From contig NC_058368.1 of NCBI RefSeq assembly GCF_018350175.1, positions 69,070,001 through 69,134,000 of the forward strand: DNA of 64,000 nt, in the 5' to 3' direction. Position numbers and translations under genes: made by a program. Under the pieces are notes generated by a model that had not been told where the DNA came from, searched no databases, and saw only the letters and a list, made by a program, of their open reading frames with translations. Positions 25,311-38,672 of the stretch are shown piece by piece. Position 1 is the first letter of the stretch, and each line of letters opens with the position of its first letter. Source of the DNA: Felis catus (Eukaryota).

Positions 25311-26499
25311 ACATCAGGACAATAGTGACCTGTGTCTCTAGTTCCTGTTCTTCGGAGTATGTGGTATCAGTTCCTCAGTAGGGTCCATACTCAGCCAATA
25401 AAATCCCCATCTGACATACTTCCCAAAGAACTGGGAAAGGAAATAGGGAGGAAGGAAGTGTGGGGCCTGTGGTAACCCCACTTCCTGACCAGAGCATCTG
25501 CTAAACTATCATGGCCTTCAAGAAGGGCTTTCCACTGCTGAAGATGGAGGTCCCATTTTTAGAAGACAAACCAGGCAGAAGACCCAGCTCTTGGGCCTGG
25601 GATCCCCATGCCCACGGTCACTCAACCCAACAACAAAGAAGGCACTCCAAGAGTGGGATGCGATTGTGGAAACACCCTCCTCAATTTTTTCTATCCTTCC
25701 CTTCTAGATCTGCCAAAAGATTGAAGCGTAAAATTGCTTATGATGGGAAAAACCACATAAAAAATTTTTTTTGTGAAGAGTTTTATCAAAATAGAACAAT
25801 AACATATATGAGAAAATAGTATTCTGGTTGGTCTGTTTTCCTTCAGTTGGTTATAGGTGCTGCATGTGAACTCTGGCCTGTATTCTGTGGTTGCTCCGGC
25901 AATAAAAACTAAAACTTCAGCTGTGTGAAAAAATGCGAGGGTGTGGATCATTTGTCTTTCTTTTGCTGAAGTGTAAATATAGGAGAGCTTTATGATTAAC
26001 TGATTAAAAAGGGGAAAAAGCTTCATAATTAGGTTTCATAGAGCTATAGATTTTACATTAAGTGGTTTATTACAAAAAGTTGGAAACATTGATCTGAGAC
26101 ATTAGACCACTCTGATTAAATTTATGGTACATTGGGAATACTTGGGCCAATTATCGGATTAAGGGTCCGCCATGATGATGTAAAATATGGTCTATCTGGC
26201 GATTACTTTCCAACTCTTGACCCTGTCCCTACTGTCTTCTCATTTCTTTAAAAATTTTGCCACCGAAGGGAACTGGCCCACTTAGCTTTCCAGAACTGAA
26301 GTGAAATTTAAGACCTCATGCAAGTTTCAAATCCATTTGGACAAGTTCATATTTGTAAGATTTAACTACAAAACAAAAGGAGAAGATTTTAATGTCCTCC
26401 AATAGATAGTTTTTAAAAAAATATTGGGATATTCATATGAGATTCATATGAGAGATAATATTCATATTATACGAACACTTCTAATTATGTTTTTTGAGC

Positions 26500-26780
26500 C
26501 TACTGAATTACTTGTGAAATGCTCATAACATCATGTTAAATGGAAACAAGACAGGATACATAGCATCATATTCCATGCGGCCCCAAATATATGGGCTTGC
26601 CTATGTGCATGTGTCAATATTTGGGGGCTGGAGGTTCTGGAATGAAATCTAAAAATATTTCCCAGTGGTTATCTTTAGGGGACGGTATGACAGCAAATTT
26701 TTATTTTTCTATTTATTTATGATTTCCTAAAATTTGGGAATTTGCTATACTAAGTATTAATATGTCTTCGTTCTTTTACA
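26500..26780 (+). mobile_element. L1ME 3'-end fragment
   Basis: atgctcataacatcatgttaaatggaa...cagtggttatct motifs. Confidence 0.6.
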
Positions 26781-27108
26781 AAGGAGAAAGAAATAATTTT
26801 GTAAACATTGTCCTTCAAAGCAACTCTCTGGAATCCTGCACAAGTACTGAGTGGTGACGTTGCCTTTGCTCACTTCTGTAATTATGCCTAAATCCAGTCT
26901 CTGGACACAAGTCAAAAGTAATGTTTTTACCTCACAACTACATTTTCCTCTGTCTTATTTTGGAAAATGTTCTTATTCTGTTCGCTCACCAATTTTTATT
27001 CAGGAGCCTTGGCTTCAAACCACATTTGGCAGATTCTAAAAGTCAAATGTGCCTTCTTCAGACAGATTTGCTATCCTGATGATATTGAAAAGGCTATATG
27101 AAGTACTC

Positions 27109-27485
27109 TGTGTTGGTCAGTTCAGGCTTCCATAACAAAATATCATAGACTTGGTGGCTTAAACAGTAGAATTATTTTCTCACAGGTTCTGGAGGCTGGA
27201 AATTTGAGATCAGGGTGACAGCTGGGTCAGTTTCTGGCGAGGCTCCTGCCTTACAGATGGCCGGCCACTGTCTCTGTGTCCTCACACAGCAGAGAAAGCA
27301 CTCTGGTGTCTCTTTTTATAAGGACACTAATCCTTTTGGACCAGGGCTCCACCCCACTCTTATGACCTCACCTAACCTTATTTACCTCCTAAAAGCCCTG
27401 TCTCCAAATACAGTCACATCAGGGGTTCGGGCTTCAATGTGCAAATGTGGGGTGGGGGAGGGGACACAAGTCAGCCCATATAGCA
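27109..27485 (-). mobile_element. MLT1A-type MaLR solo LTR
   Basis: cataacaaaatatcatagacttggtggcttaaac, tataaggacactaatcc, tctccaaatacagtcacat. Confidence 0.88.
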
Positions 27486-27984
27486 GGCTTTGAAAGCACT
27501 TTCAAATGAAGATTTTCAATAGTTTTGAACATTCTTTGCCATAAAGTGTATCGTCTGCCCAGTTTCCTACTGTGAACACAACACCACTAACTTGGATGAA
27601 CAATTGTCCAATGCCTTTGTTTTCTAAAATGATTTACAATCTATTCTGTTAGAACACCTATTCCTTTAACACACATTAGCTCCTATCTAATTGAGAAATA
27701 AGAGAACAATGTTTGGATAATCCAGAAGTTGAACTGTTTCTTCTGTCTGAGTACATTTTTTTCACCCAGTCAAGGACAACTTTTCTCAGCATTAAGAGAA
27801 AAACGTCTTAGAAATATATGAAGATCTTAAGACAAAAGTGTAAATCCCACAGAAGTGACTTTAGTACAATCGGTGGCTGGTTTGGTGACTTCATAAACCA
27901 CAACGTTTATTTTAAGCCTATTCGGGGAAGCTACAATTACAGATGAAGAAGCTACAAAGACATTTCCTCCTGGTAAGAAAAACA

Positions 27985-28176
27985 GGGGCGCCTAGTGGCT
28001 CAGTTGGTTGAGGGTCTGACTCTTGATTTCAGCTCAGATCATGATCTCATGATTCATGGGTTCGAGCCACAAGTCAGTCTCTGTGCTGACAATGTGGAGC
28101 CTGCCTGGGATTCTCTCTCTGCCCCTTCCCCACTCGTGCTTGTGCTCTATCAAAAATAAATAAACATTAAAAAAAG

Positions 28177-28221
<45 letters not shown>

Positions 28222-28306
28222 CCCCCCCCCCCCACCGCTGGCCTCCGCCCCTTGCCCCCACTCATGCACTTTCTCTAAGACAAAGAAAAAAAGGGGGGGG
28301 GAAAGA
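27985..28306 (+). mobile_element. Can-SINE with two tandem CT/A tails
   Basis: First tail 28152-28175, second begins aagattctctc; TSD aagaaaaaca / aagaaaaata. Confidence 0.9.
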
Positions 28307-28958
28307 AAGAAAAATAACGAAGAAGAGAACTTTACCTGGATTATATGTTTAATGTTGATGAAACTGGTCACTGTTAGAAATGAGGCATGCATGAACCCCA
28401 AGATTTTAAACTTGCAAAAGACCAATATTGGGTCACAGACCCACACACAGATTTTACCAGGCCAGTGTGTTATTGGATTATTACTGCTTTTATCTGTCTC
28501 TAGTTACGAAGTGCTGTTGATTTTGAAGGACCTGTCTGATCCCATATTCCCCATAAATCCTGTTATTTTTAACCCACAATTTTGCAGAAGACAGGACTTT
28601 AGAGAACACATATATGGAGTTATTGCAAAAAATGCCTGTACATAAAACATTTTATATGAATAAGGAACTTATTAATTACATCATTTTATAATCATTCCTC
28701 CTCTCCTCCTTCCAAAACTCAGCTCTTCTGAAAAAGCTTCCAAATCACCCCCCCATCTGTATCCCAACTAGCTTAATTGATGCCTCTTCCCTCTCCTTTG
28801 CTATTTCATGCAACACCCCCCCCCACCCCCAGTTTATTAAATGTCTTCCTTACTGAACTCTGTGATCCAGGAAAGAAGAAAACTTGGTTTTAGTATATTA
28901 GTCCCCACATTTGACTGCACAAAGCTACTGATGCCACATTAAGTGATATTGCCAGAAG

Positions 28959-29497
28959 TGTAGGGCCAAGGGCAGGCTTCTCCAAGATGGGCCACTTTGG
29001 CATGAAGACTGTTTTAAGTCAAAAAGCAATCAAAACCCAGCAGATTCAGGAAAAGTTCTTCCCTCCCCCACAAGTGCCTAAAAAGAATTTAAATAAAGGG
29101 CCTGCTCCAAGAAGAGAGCTGTCACTACAGATGACTACACTATACTGTGAACTATGTAGGGTGGTTAGGGAGGAAACTAGCAAGGTTTATTTGATCAAAG
29201 TCCTCTGTGTCCCATTGTTTCTGAGTGGCCAAGCAAACATTTGTTTACCAAACATTTAGTCTTTTTCACTTCCTGTGAATTTCATTTCTTCCCTTTGAAG
29301 TCCCAGAACACCCCCCCCCCCACCTTCTCTTTCATCCTTATCTTTCCTGACTGTCACTGGAGTTTCCATCTCTGTGTGGATTCCCTGTACATGTGAAATT
29401 AACTTTTATTTTCTCCCGTTCATCTGTTTCCTGTCAATTTGATTCTTAGTCCAGCTACAAGGACCGAGGAGGGGACAGCCATTCTTCCTCCTCAACA
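28959..29497 (+). mobile_element. ERV1 solo LTR, MER34-like
   Basis: TG...CA ends, 4-bp TSD gaag/gatg, motifs ccactttggcatgaaga and tctgtttcctgtcaatttgatt. Confidence 0.78.
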
Positions 29498-30026
29498 GAT
29501 GGGACAGACAAGCTCTCCAAGTTCAGGGACATCACCTAGCCATATTCAGCAGACATGCATCCAGTGAAATGGGTACCATGAATGAAACACATTGGCCGCC
29601 ATTCTACCATCTTCTCACATGTTAACTTGGTATTTTTTAACCACACCCAGAGCTGGCAAGATCAAGAAATGTTGTTTTCATTTGGAGATAAGAAAACTGA
29701 CCTGTAGACAGGCAAATGGGCTCGAGAAGCCCAGGATAACAGGCCAGGCCTGGGCCAAGTTCTGCCAACTTCCAGGCCAGGCTCTTTTCATTCCATTCCA
29801 GGCCAAGCTCCTAGCTTATCTTATCTTTTTTTTTTTTTTAATCTTTGCATCAAAGATTCTGTTTCCTGCTGAACTGCATAATGATTTATGCAACTGACAC
29901 ACCCATCTACATAGACACCTTCATCCGACTTTTCTTCTCATACTGTCTTTAGATTGGATGTTATTTGTATGTGAGATCTATATTTTTATAAAACTGTATA
30001 GAAGTTTAAAGAAAACGTTTATCACA

Positions 30027-30069
<43 letters not shown>

Positions 30070-30079
30070 GCACACACAC
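30027..30079. repeat. (CA)n microsatellite
   Basis: Seen directly. Confidence 0.97.
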
Positions 30080-30639
30080 TGCCTAGTTGTAAGTATTAAC
30101 CGGCAGTTCCTTCCAACCTTCCAACGAGCTCCATCCTGACTCTTGACGGTCTCTCCCATAGACCCAAGACTGCTGGGCTCTTGGCTTCTCATGCTCACCA
30201 CATCGTTCCCATCTAAGAGACTTCGCACATACATCAAGATTCACTCAACCTTTAGGTCTTACTCAGGCATCTCCTCCTGAGGAAAGCCTCGTCTCTGTCC
30301 CTGAATAGGCCCACTCCCCCAATTATAGGTTCTCACGGCACGACATAACTCTCCCTCAGATCCCTTGTCACTGATACAAATTTACGTGAATGCGTGTAAT
30401 TATTTGATGATACCTGTGTGATGGCAGAGACTGTACCAGCTTTTGCTGATACATGGCCTGAACTTGGCACATTACTGCCAGGCCCACGTTGGACTTCTCT
30501 TCTTATTCACCCCATCTTTGAGGCTACAACCATCTGGCTGCCTAGAGGTGCAAACCTCTGTTCCTGGATAGGTTTTGCCCAACTCTCCTTAAATAAGGTT
30601 TGAGACTCACAGTTTCGTCCTCTGTGATCCCCGTTATTA

Positions 30640-31420
30640 TACAAGAGCCCTGTTGATGTGGTGGTGGTGGAATGTTGGGGGAAGGGGCGTGTTCTATGGT
30701 GTCCTGGGATGAGGTCTCAGTGTTTTGAGTGAGCCTGCGCTCCTGCACTGCGACCTTTACAAGGGTTTCTCAGCTTTGTCTTGCCCCTCTGAAACCTCCA
30801 ACCCCCTTAGGTGAGACAGGAAGCCTAGAGGGAGAAGGAGCTGGGATTCCCCTTCTCCTATTGTTTAGTCTTCTATAAAAAAATTTATTAGGTTAGGCTC
30901 TGGCCAAATAGTTTCTCATGAGATCAGGCCTTGAAGAACAGAACTTTCTGGGTATATTTCAAAATGGCTACTCCCCACCCCACCCCCCACCCCCGCCTCC
31001 CACTCCCTGCCAGAAGCACTAGCAATGTGTGGGGGGTGTTTTTCCTCTCTTATCTTCACAGTGAGAATCTTGTAGGGCTCCTGGAGATAAAGCTCATAAA
31101 TGTGTGGGATCCCCCTCCCTCCCAAGACTGGATCCCCTGGAGTTTTTAACTGTCAGACTTGTCCATGCTGAGCCTTCAGAAACTCATCTACTAAAGTTTA
31201 GGTTTTCCTACCTAGACCATTTCCTGTAGAATGTTCTGTTCTGGACTTGTGATCTGGTAGGTTATAATTCTATCTGCCTCTATCTCTTCAGTTGTGGGGA
31301 CAGAGGTTTGCCCTGTAACCTCACTTCTCTGATGGATGTAGAAAGAGTTATTGATTTTCAGTTTGTCCAGCGTTTTTCTTGTTCTAAGTTCCTTTCATGC
31401 TGAACTGGAAACCAAAAGTC
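30640..31420 (-). mobile_element. Ancient L1M4-type 5'-end fragment
   Basis: Ends ttgattttcagtttgtccagc...actggaaaccaaaagt, as in antisense old L1 5' ends. Confidence 0.65.
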
Positions 31421-31615
31421 CAGGTTTGCCCAACATGGGGAAATAGCTTTTTGCTCAGTCCTGGCTGACTTCCCCTTCCTGCACCTTTCCTGAGGCCCTT
31501 CACGTGCAGTCCCACAGGGACTCCATGGAGGTTGAATACCAAACAACTCGGGAAAAAAGATCTTGCAGGCTATTCAATTTATATATAGGTGCAATCACTC
31601 AAAGTTCATATTTTA

Positions 31616-31648
31616 TTATTTTTATTTTTTTAATGTTTATTTATTTTT

Positions 31649-31692
<44 letters not shown>

Positions 31693-31868
31693 GAGAGAGA
31701 GCGCAAGCAGGGCAAGGGCAGAGAGAGAGGGAGACAGAGAATCCAAAACAGGGTCCAGCCTCCAAGCTGTCAGCACAGAGCCCAACGTGGGGCTTGAACC
31801 CACAAACCGTGAGATCATGACCTGAGCTGAAGTCGGACTCTTAACCGACTGAGCCACCCAGGCACCCC
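31616..31868 (-). mobile_element. Can-SINE
   Basis: Perfect 17-bp TSD tcaaagttcatatttta (31599, 31869). Confidence 0.97.
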
Positions 31869-33609
31869 TCAAAGTTCATATTTTAATAGGCTGAAATTTC
31901 TTCTGTAGATTTTTGTCTGGTGCCGTTTGAATAATTTGAGATAATTATTTATACAGAAACAGTTTCCTATAACAAGGCCTTCGTGTGATAGCATGAACAT
32001 TTATAAGAGGCTTTTTTATTAATGAGAGCAAATAAAAAGAAAATGAAGACAGACAGGGGTATACATATCTGGACCTCCGTGACTAAGTTAGCAAACATTT
32101 TGTGCAATGTTTACTGCCTTAGATCATGGATAGGCTCTGTAGGAAATTACTAATGAGTTTACTATCTAACCAAAACCTGACAGGAACAAGCACGTGCGAG
32201 GCGGGAATCACACAGAGAATCAGAATGCTCAGAGGAAGAAAAAAGGCGGAAGATTAAGAACATAAGAAAGATGTAGTACAAGGTGAGGGTCTTCCTTGAA
32301 CCACTGGGGAGAGCAAAGCCAAGTGGAGCGGTGAAGAGATGCTTCTCACCTACTAGCCCACATCTCTCCTGCACGTCTAGTCCCCCTGTGGCGTCTACCA
32401 CCCCTTCCACCCACATCCTAATTAAGTCATTCTGCACTCACTGCCTCAGAGGAAGGTTGTGACTTTGTAGAAAGGAGAGGATAACAAAGAGTCCTTTTCT
32501 TTTGTGTTCCAGAGGCAGGTGCCCTTAGAGAAATAGAAAGGCTTGGACAAAATGCCTGTCGGGGGTAAGAGAGGACATTTTCTCCTTCTCAGGCTAGAAA
32601 GCTACCCCAAAGTTGTGGAAGATAAAGGAGAGAGACAGATGGCAAGCATGTGTGTCAGCGTCTTTGTGTTGAGTGAGTCACTCAGTCAACAAGAGGAAGG
32701 AAAGGTTGGGTCTTCTGCCTTTTCTCCTGGTTAGAGTCCCAGAGAGGCAGCAGAACCTGTCAGAGAGTTGGCGAGATCCAAAGGTAGAAGGAACTTGCAC
32801 TCTTGGCCTACATAAGGCACCTAGAAGGAAGCAAGAACCTTGAGAGGGAATGTATCTGCACATGGGTCAACAACCCGGTGAGTAATGGTTTTCACCTAGG
32901 ACATATGTCCTCAAGGACCAGATGTTCTCCATCCCCATCAGGCCTTGCCATTCCCTAAGCCCACATATTTATGCACCTGGGAAGGGAATAAAAGACTCAA
33001 ATTGAGCATTTGCAATCGCCCCAGAAGAGCAGGCCCTACATTAGCAATGTGTGGGGTGTAAGTGTAAGTTGAGTTACAGAAAAATACAAAATGTGTCAGT
33101 GAACTTAGGTCCAGAATCACACTTGCTATCAGCTAATGGAAAAAAGTTTGATCCATCTGAAATGTACCTAATGTCTGTCATGTGTCAGCTTCTAATGTAA
33201 GCACCTTCCTCTCCTTAATTTCACCACAAGCTATAACATAAAGAAACCAAGCTCAGGGAATTTAGGTAACTTGCCAAGATCATCAATTTATTGTGTGGCA
33301 GATCAAGAACTCCAGCCAGCCACCGCCAGACAACAAACTCCACACTGTTAACCTTTCCTCCATTCTGACTCCTACTGGAGGGCAAAATACAATGGCGAAC
33401 TACTCCATCTCTGCCCTCACTGAGCTTGTAGTCTAGAATGACTAGGAGGAAGAAAAGGGTTTCCAAGCAGCTTAACCCAGTCCTGTTGGATAAGAAGGCA
33501 TGGGAACAAAAAGTCTGGATCATCTTTTGTCCTCTTGAAAAGACAATCTCAGCTAGAGACTGGAAGACAACCAGATATAATTTCTCTACTTCAAAAAAAA
33601 AAAATGCTA

Positions 33610-33820
33610 CTGGCTTTGGAGTCAGGGTTTGGTGCAAACCTGGGCTGTGTGGTGCATCAGCTGTGTGGCCTTGGGCAGGTAAACTAATCTAGCTGAACTT
33701 CACTTTCTTTAGCTTGAAAACAGGAATAATAATAACCATCTCACAAGCTCATCAAGAAGTGAGTGAGATCATCCAAATACAAGTCAGCCTAATGACTAGT
33801 TGATTATCAATACATATTAG
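33610..33820 (+). mobile_element. MIR
   Basis: ggctttggagtcag...agctgtgtggccttgggcagg. Confidence 0.75.
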
Positions 33821-34542
33821 CTCCTTTCCCCTCCCTCCAGCACAAAGCATCCTCCAGAACTACCATCCCATCTTGAGTCATTCCCAGTTAAAGACTTCCC
33901 AGTCTGAGATGCCAACTGAACCTTCCATGGTAAAGGCAAACCCAAACTCCTCAGGTTCTCAGTGTCAGACAGACATAGCCTGCCTTTGAGCTAGAGTTCA
34001 CTTGGGTTGTCTAGAATTGTTTGAAGTTACTTCACCTGAAAGAGTTACTCCGCACTGGACCCACCATGTGTGGTCATTTTTGAATACGCCCCAGAGTCCA
34101 AAGAACTGACCATAATCTACCTCTTGCAGATACTATTCCCAACACAGCCCTCAGAGGGCAAGTCTACATCTTCATTGAGCATATATTGACTTTCCCTAGG
34201 TGAAAACACATGATACTTGGCACCAGGAGTGATAGAAAGATAAATAAGGCATGGTCTTTGCCCTCCAGCAGGCAAAGGGATACATATAAAAATAACTGAC
34301 CCAAAGTAGACTAATAAATTACACAAGAGAACATGAATGTGCAATAGAGCAAGGATGTAGATTGACTGAGCAGGGGGGAAGGGGAAGTGCCTTAGAAGAA
34401 CTGAAATTTGAAATAGTCCTTGAACGATGCTATGGCTGTACCCAAACAATATGGGAAGTCTGATAGAAGAGTCGTGTAAAAAATTTCAAAGCAGAGGTAA
34501 TAGCTCAAGCAAAGTCAGATGGGTTAGAAAGCCCACACTGTG

Positions 34543-34743
34543 GGGGCACCTGGATGGCTCAGTCAGTTGAGCATCCGATTTTGGCTCTGGTCATGATCTT
34601 GTGATTGGTGAGTTCGAGCCCCACATCAGGCATGCCGCTGTTAGCACAGAGCCTGCTTCAGATCCCCTGTCCCCTTCTCCCTCTGCCCCTCCCCCATTCA
34701 CATGCTGTCTCTGAAAAATAAAAATAAACATTAAAAAAAAAAT
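34543..34743 (+). mobile_element. Can-SINE (within an L2 fragment)
   Basis: TSD aaagcccacactgtg / aaagcccatactgtg. Confidence 0.96.
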
Positions 34744-35061
34744 AAAGCCCATACTGTGTCCAGGGGCAAGATGTGGCCAAAATTCATGTGAGCAGGAGAT
34801 GGCCATGGATGCTCAAATTTTGGAGGGTTTCTAATGCACTTGAGGGTCTATGTTATACGGGAGGGGGAGTCATCACATGTGGTTTTGTAAAACGGCTTGA
34901 ACAAAACTTGATGAGAATAGGGACAAATATAATGATTATTACATGTTGTAATTAGAGTTAAGTACATCTTTCTGGATAATCACTACCAAGAAAGTAGTAT
35001 CAATGGGATAAAACTTTGGCTTCTGCCTCTAAATTTAACACTTTTTTCCACTAATCCAAAT

Positions 35062-35165
35062 CCAGTGGCTGTTAACTCTGGGTACAACACAAGTGGACCT
35101 GAAAAATGTTATGGAAAGGAAGGAAGGAAGGAAGGAAGGAAGGAAGGAAGGAAGGAAGGAAGGAA

Positions 35166-35231
<66 letters not shown>

Positions 35232-35600
35232 AAAAGAAGAAGAAGAAGAAGAAGGAAGGAAGGAAGGAAGGAAGGAAGGAAGGAAGGAAGGAAGGAAGGA
35301 GAGAAAGAGAAAAGAAAAAACAAACTATGTCTGGGTCCCTACTCCCATAAATTCTCAGTTATCTGATCTGAGGTGGAGTCTGGACATTGCTATTTTTTAA
35401 AACCCCCCAGATGATTCTAATGTTGAGGCAAAGTTAAAATCCACCGAGTGTGGCCCATGGACCAGCAGCATCAGCATCCCTTGGGAGCTTTTTAGAAATA
35501 GAAAATCTTGGACCCTCACCCAGGCCCCAGTGGATCAGAATTTGCACTTTTCACAAAATCCCCAGGTGGTTTGTCACCATCAAAATTTGAGACACACTTG
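35062..35600. mobile_element. Two adjacent MER5-family (hAT-Charlie) fossils; the first contains the purine tract
   Basis: ccccagatgattctaatg and accagcagcatcagcatcccttgggagc...gaatttgcactttt motifs. Confidence 0.7.
35113..35320. repeat. Compound purine microsatellite (GGAA)n(GAAA)n(GAA)n(GGAA)n
   Basis: About 208 nt with only A/G on the + strand. Confidence 0.98.
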
Positions 35601-36206
35601 TGTATACATTACTGCCTACCCACACCCCACCACCGCCAAACCCATTCTCGCCGGAAAAGGGAAGAAGTAAAAGCCCCGAAGATCTAGATATGAGATTATT
35701 ACTAAATCTCATAACAGAAGCATGAAGAAACTTATCTCAAGTTTGCCGGGTCAGGGCCTCACTGCATGGCACCAGCTGACCTCAACAGGGAAAAAAGGAA
35801 GAGAAAAGCATTTGTTTAAGCAGAAGGTTCCTGACAGAAGGACAGAGTCCTAAAATAGTCTGAGGCAGATGGGGTCAGCAAAAACCTGTGGTGACTGGGA
35901 AGGCACCATGATTTAGCACGTGCCCCTGACACAGCAGCCCAGGCTCACAGGATGGTGAGTCAATGCCCTGGGGTGGCTCCTGGGTCTGCCCCTGCTTTCT
36001 GGAGAAGGGCACAAGGTTTTCCTCCTCCATCTGCTCTCCTCCATGGGACGGCATGTCTATTGTCCTTTTTACCTGCCATCATTAAGCTGCAAGCCCTCAA
36101 CTGTGCTCAAGTTAAAAGAGAAAAGTCAAGACTAGCCATCAGTTTATGGTAGCCAGAGGAAAAGCCATTACACAGTTATGGAATCAAATCTTTAACTGTT
36201 GGAAAC

Positions 36207-36556
36207 TGACATGGTCTGAATGGCTGTGTCCCCCCATTCATATGTTGAAACCTAACCCCTAAAGGTGATGGAATTGCAAAGTGGGGTCTTTAAGAGGTGA
36301 CTAGGTCATGAAGGTGGAGCTAATAGGTCATCAATGGGATTAGAGCTTATAGGAAGAGATGCCAGAGAGGTTCCTAGACCCTTCTACCACGTGAGGACAC
36401 AGCAAGAAGTCTGTAACTTGGAAGAGGACTCTCACCTGACCAAGTGGGCACCCCTGATCCCGGACCTCCAGCCTCCAGAACTGTGAGGAACTTCTGTTGT
36501 TTATGACCCACCTAGTCCATGATATTTCATGATATCTGCCCAAATGGACTAAGACA
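36207..36556 (+). mobile_element. MLT1A0-type solo LTR
   Basis: TG...aagaca ends, TSD gaaac/gaagc, attcatatgttgaaacctaacccc and ccagcctccagaactgtgag. Confidence 0.9.
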
Positions 36557-36890
36557 GAAGCCATTATGAGGCACCACCTTGGGTTCAGAAAATGATTATG
36601 AAATTGCAAAATTATGCTTTGTGTTTCAAGTAGACTACCGGTAAGAAGCCAAAAGTGCTCAAGGCACTGAGAGCTGATGAAAGCTGGAAGAGAACTTTGT
36701 AGCAAGAAAAATTCATCTCAGAGTGAAACCAAATCAGACTGGCAGAAACATCTACTGCTCAGTCCTCAATGCATTCCAAACACATTCCCAGACACCAGTA
36801 GACCCTCAAGCTCCACAGGGGGAAAAAATATCACTTGGGTCTTCAAAGGTAGCCTGTCACCAAATCTTGATGAATTAAGAAATGACCTTT

Positions 36891-37107
36891 GGGGTGCCTG
36901 GGTGGCTCAGTTGGTTAAGCATCCAACTTCAGCTCAGGTCATGATCTCACGGGTCATGAGTTCCAGCCCCACGTTGGGCTCTGTGCTGACAACTCAGAGC
37001 TTGGAGCCTGCTTTGGATTCTGTGTCTCCCTCTCTCTCTCTACCCTTCCCCCACTCATGCTCTGTTTCTCTCTCAAAAATAAATAAACATTAACAAATTT
37101 TTTTAAA
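36891..37107 (+). mobile_element. Can-SINE
   Basis: TSD aagaaatgacct (36877, 37108). Confidence 0.96.
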
Positions 37108-37524
37108 AAGAAATGACCTAGAAATTTTCAAACTACAGTTTTGTAACTGATTTCCTCCTACTGGTTGATCATGGCGAATCCCCCAGGCTACTCCAGTATG
37201 AACTTCCTACATAGAAAAGGACAATAATACCAAAGAGTTCACCTCTCTTACCTGGAGAGAATTCTAAAATGAATTGCTTTCCAGCCTCTGGAAAAAAATG
37301 TTACCTTGGAGGTGTAACTCTAATTAATAGCCAAGTTTGCAAAAGCATCAACCACAACTGGAGGCAGCTTAGAACTGAAGCAGTCTCCTAGGGAAGTAAG
37401 CCAAGAAAGTGAAGTGCAACTTCTCTCCATCACTTGCTGAGTATGCAGGGCCCTCACACACACCCAGCAGGACCATAAGCGCTCAGCAAATGTTTGCTAG
37501 TATCTTAACCTTTATTGTTAATAT

Positions 37525-37730
37525 CTTAAAGATTTTATTTTTATTATTTTTTAGAGAGAGAGAGAAGGGAAGGAGGCGAAGAAAGAGAGGGAGAGAGAGA
37601 ATCCCAAACAGGCTCCACGCTTACTACAGAGCCTGACTCAGAACCGATCTCACAACTATGGGATCATGACTTGAGCCAAAATCAAGAGCCAGAGACTCCA
37701 CCGACTGAGCCACCCAGGTGTAGGCACCCC
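37525..37730 (-). mobile_element. Can-SINE (diverged)
   Basis: TSD tttattgttaatat / tttattgttcatat. Confidence 0.93.
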
Positions 37731-37741
37731 TTTATTGTTCA

Positions 37742-37818
37742 TATGTTGACTATATGAAATTGCCATCTGTGTGGGAACAAAATAGTCAGATACAGACAAA
37801 TTCACATGGTTCAACCGA
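37742..37818. mobile_element. MADE2-like mariner MITE
   Basis: About 80-bp imperfect palindrome gttgactatatgaaattg...aaattcacatggttcaacc. Confidence 0.7.
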
Positions 37819-38078
37819 CCATCAACTTAACCAAAAGATGCTAAATAGTTGGTGGTGGGGAAGATTGCAATGAGATAAGGTTGCTCATATCCTTATGGAG
37901 GTAACATAAATGGGCATAAAGTTCTTAGAAATAAACGTTGGTAGTATGTATTTAAAAAACTTTAAATTTTTTCATATTCTCTGACACAAAACCCTAACAT
38001 CTTGGACTCTATCATGGTACAAAGTACCAAAGAAAGTACAAAGATGTACTTTCCAACATAATTTAAAATAATTGCTTA

Positions 38079-38294
38079 GGGGCGCCTGGGTGGCGCAGTC
38101 GGTTAAGCGTCCGACTTCAGCCAGGTCACGATCTCGCGGTCCGTGAGTTCGAGCCCCGCGTCAGGCTCTGGGCTGATGGCTCGGAGCCTGGAGCCTGTTT
38201 CCGATTCTGTGTCTCCCTCTCTCTCTGCCCCTCCCCCATGCATGCTCTGTCTCTCTCTGTCCCAAAAATAAATAAAAACGCTGAAAAAAATTTT
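38079..38294 (+). mobile_element. Very young SINEC_Fc-type SINE
   Basis: ggtggcgcagtcgg...cagccaggtcacgatctcgcgg with CpGs intact; perfect TSD aaaataattgctta. Confidence 0.97.
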
Positions 38295-38672
38295 AAAATA
38301 ATTGCTTAAATTTAACGTAAATTTAAAATAACTGCTTAAATGAACAAAATTAAATAATAAGTAACAGCATAAAAATGCTATGTCACATTTAGAAGATAGA
38401 ATATTACATACCATTTAAAACTATTTTTAAGGGACACATAATGCCATCAGAAAATGCTTATAATGTTGGAGAATACAAAAGTGGACAAAGATACACAAAA
38501 TATAAACTCTGGGAGATAGAATTCTCAGTGATTTTATTCTTTTTCATTTCTTACAAATTTCTATGTTTGTAAACACATTTTTATAGCCACAAAAAGTATT
38601 TTCAAATAAATGTAACTATATAAATTTCCAAAAAAGAACCAAAATCATCTACTCCCACACACAGCTTAGAGA

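Noticed and set aside
33368..33386. CTCF-like ctactggagggca (similar words at ~18375 and ~34260)
   Set aside because: Mismatches at core positions; such matches are frequent by chance
35065..35400. K/E/R-rich and F/L/S-rich ORFs
   Set aside because: Translations of the purine microsatellite
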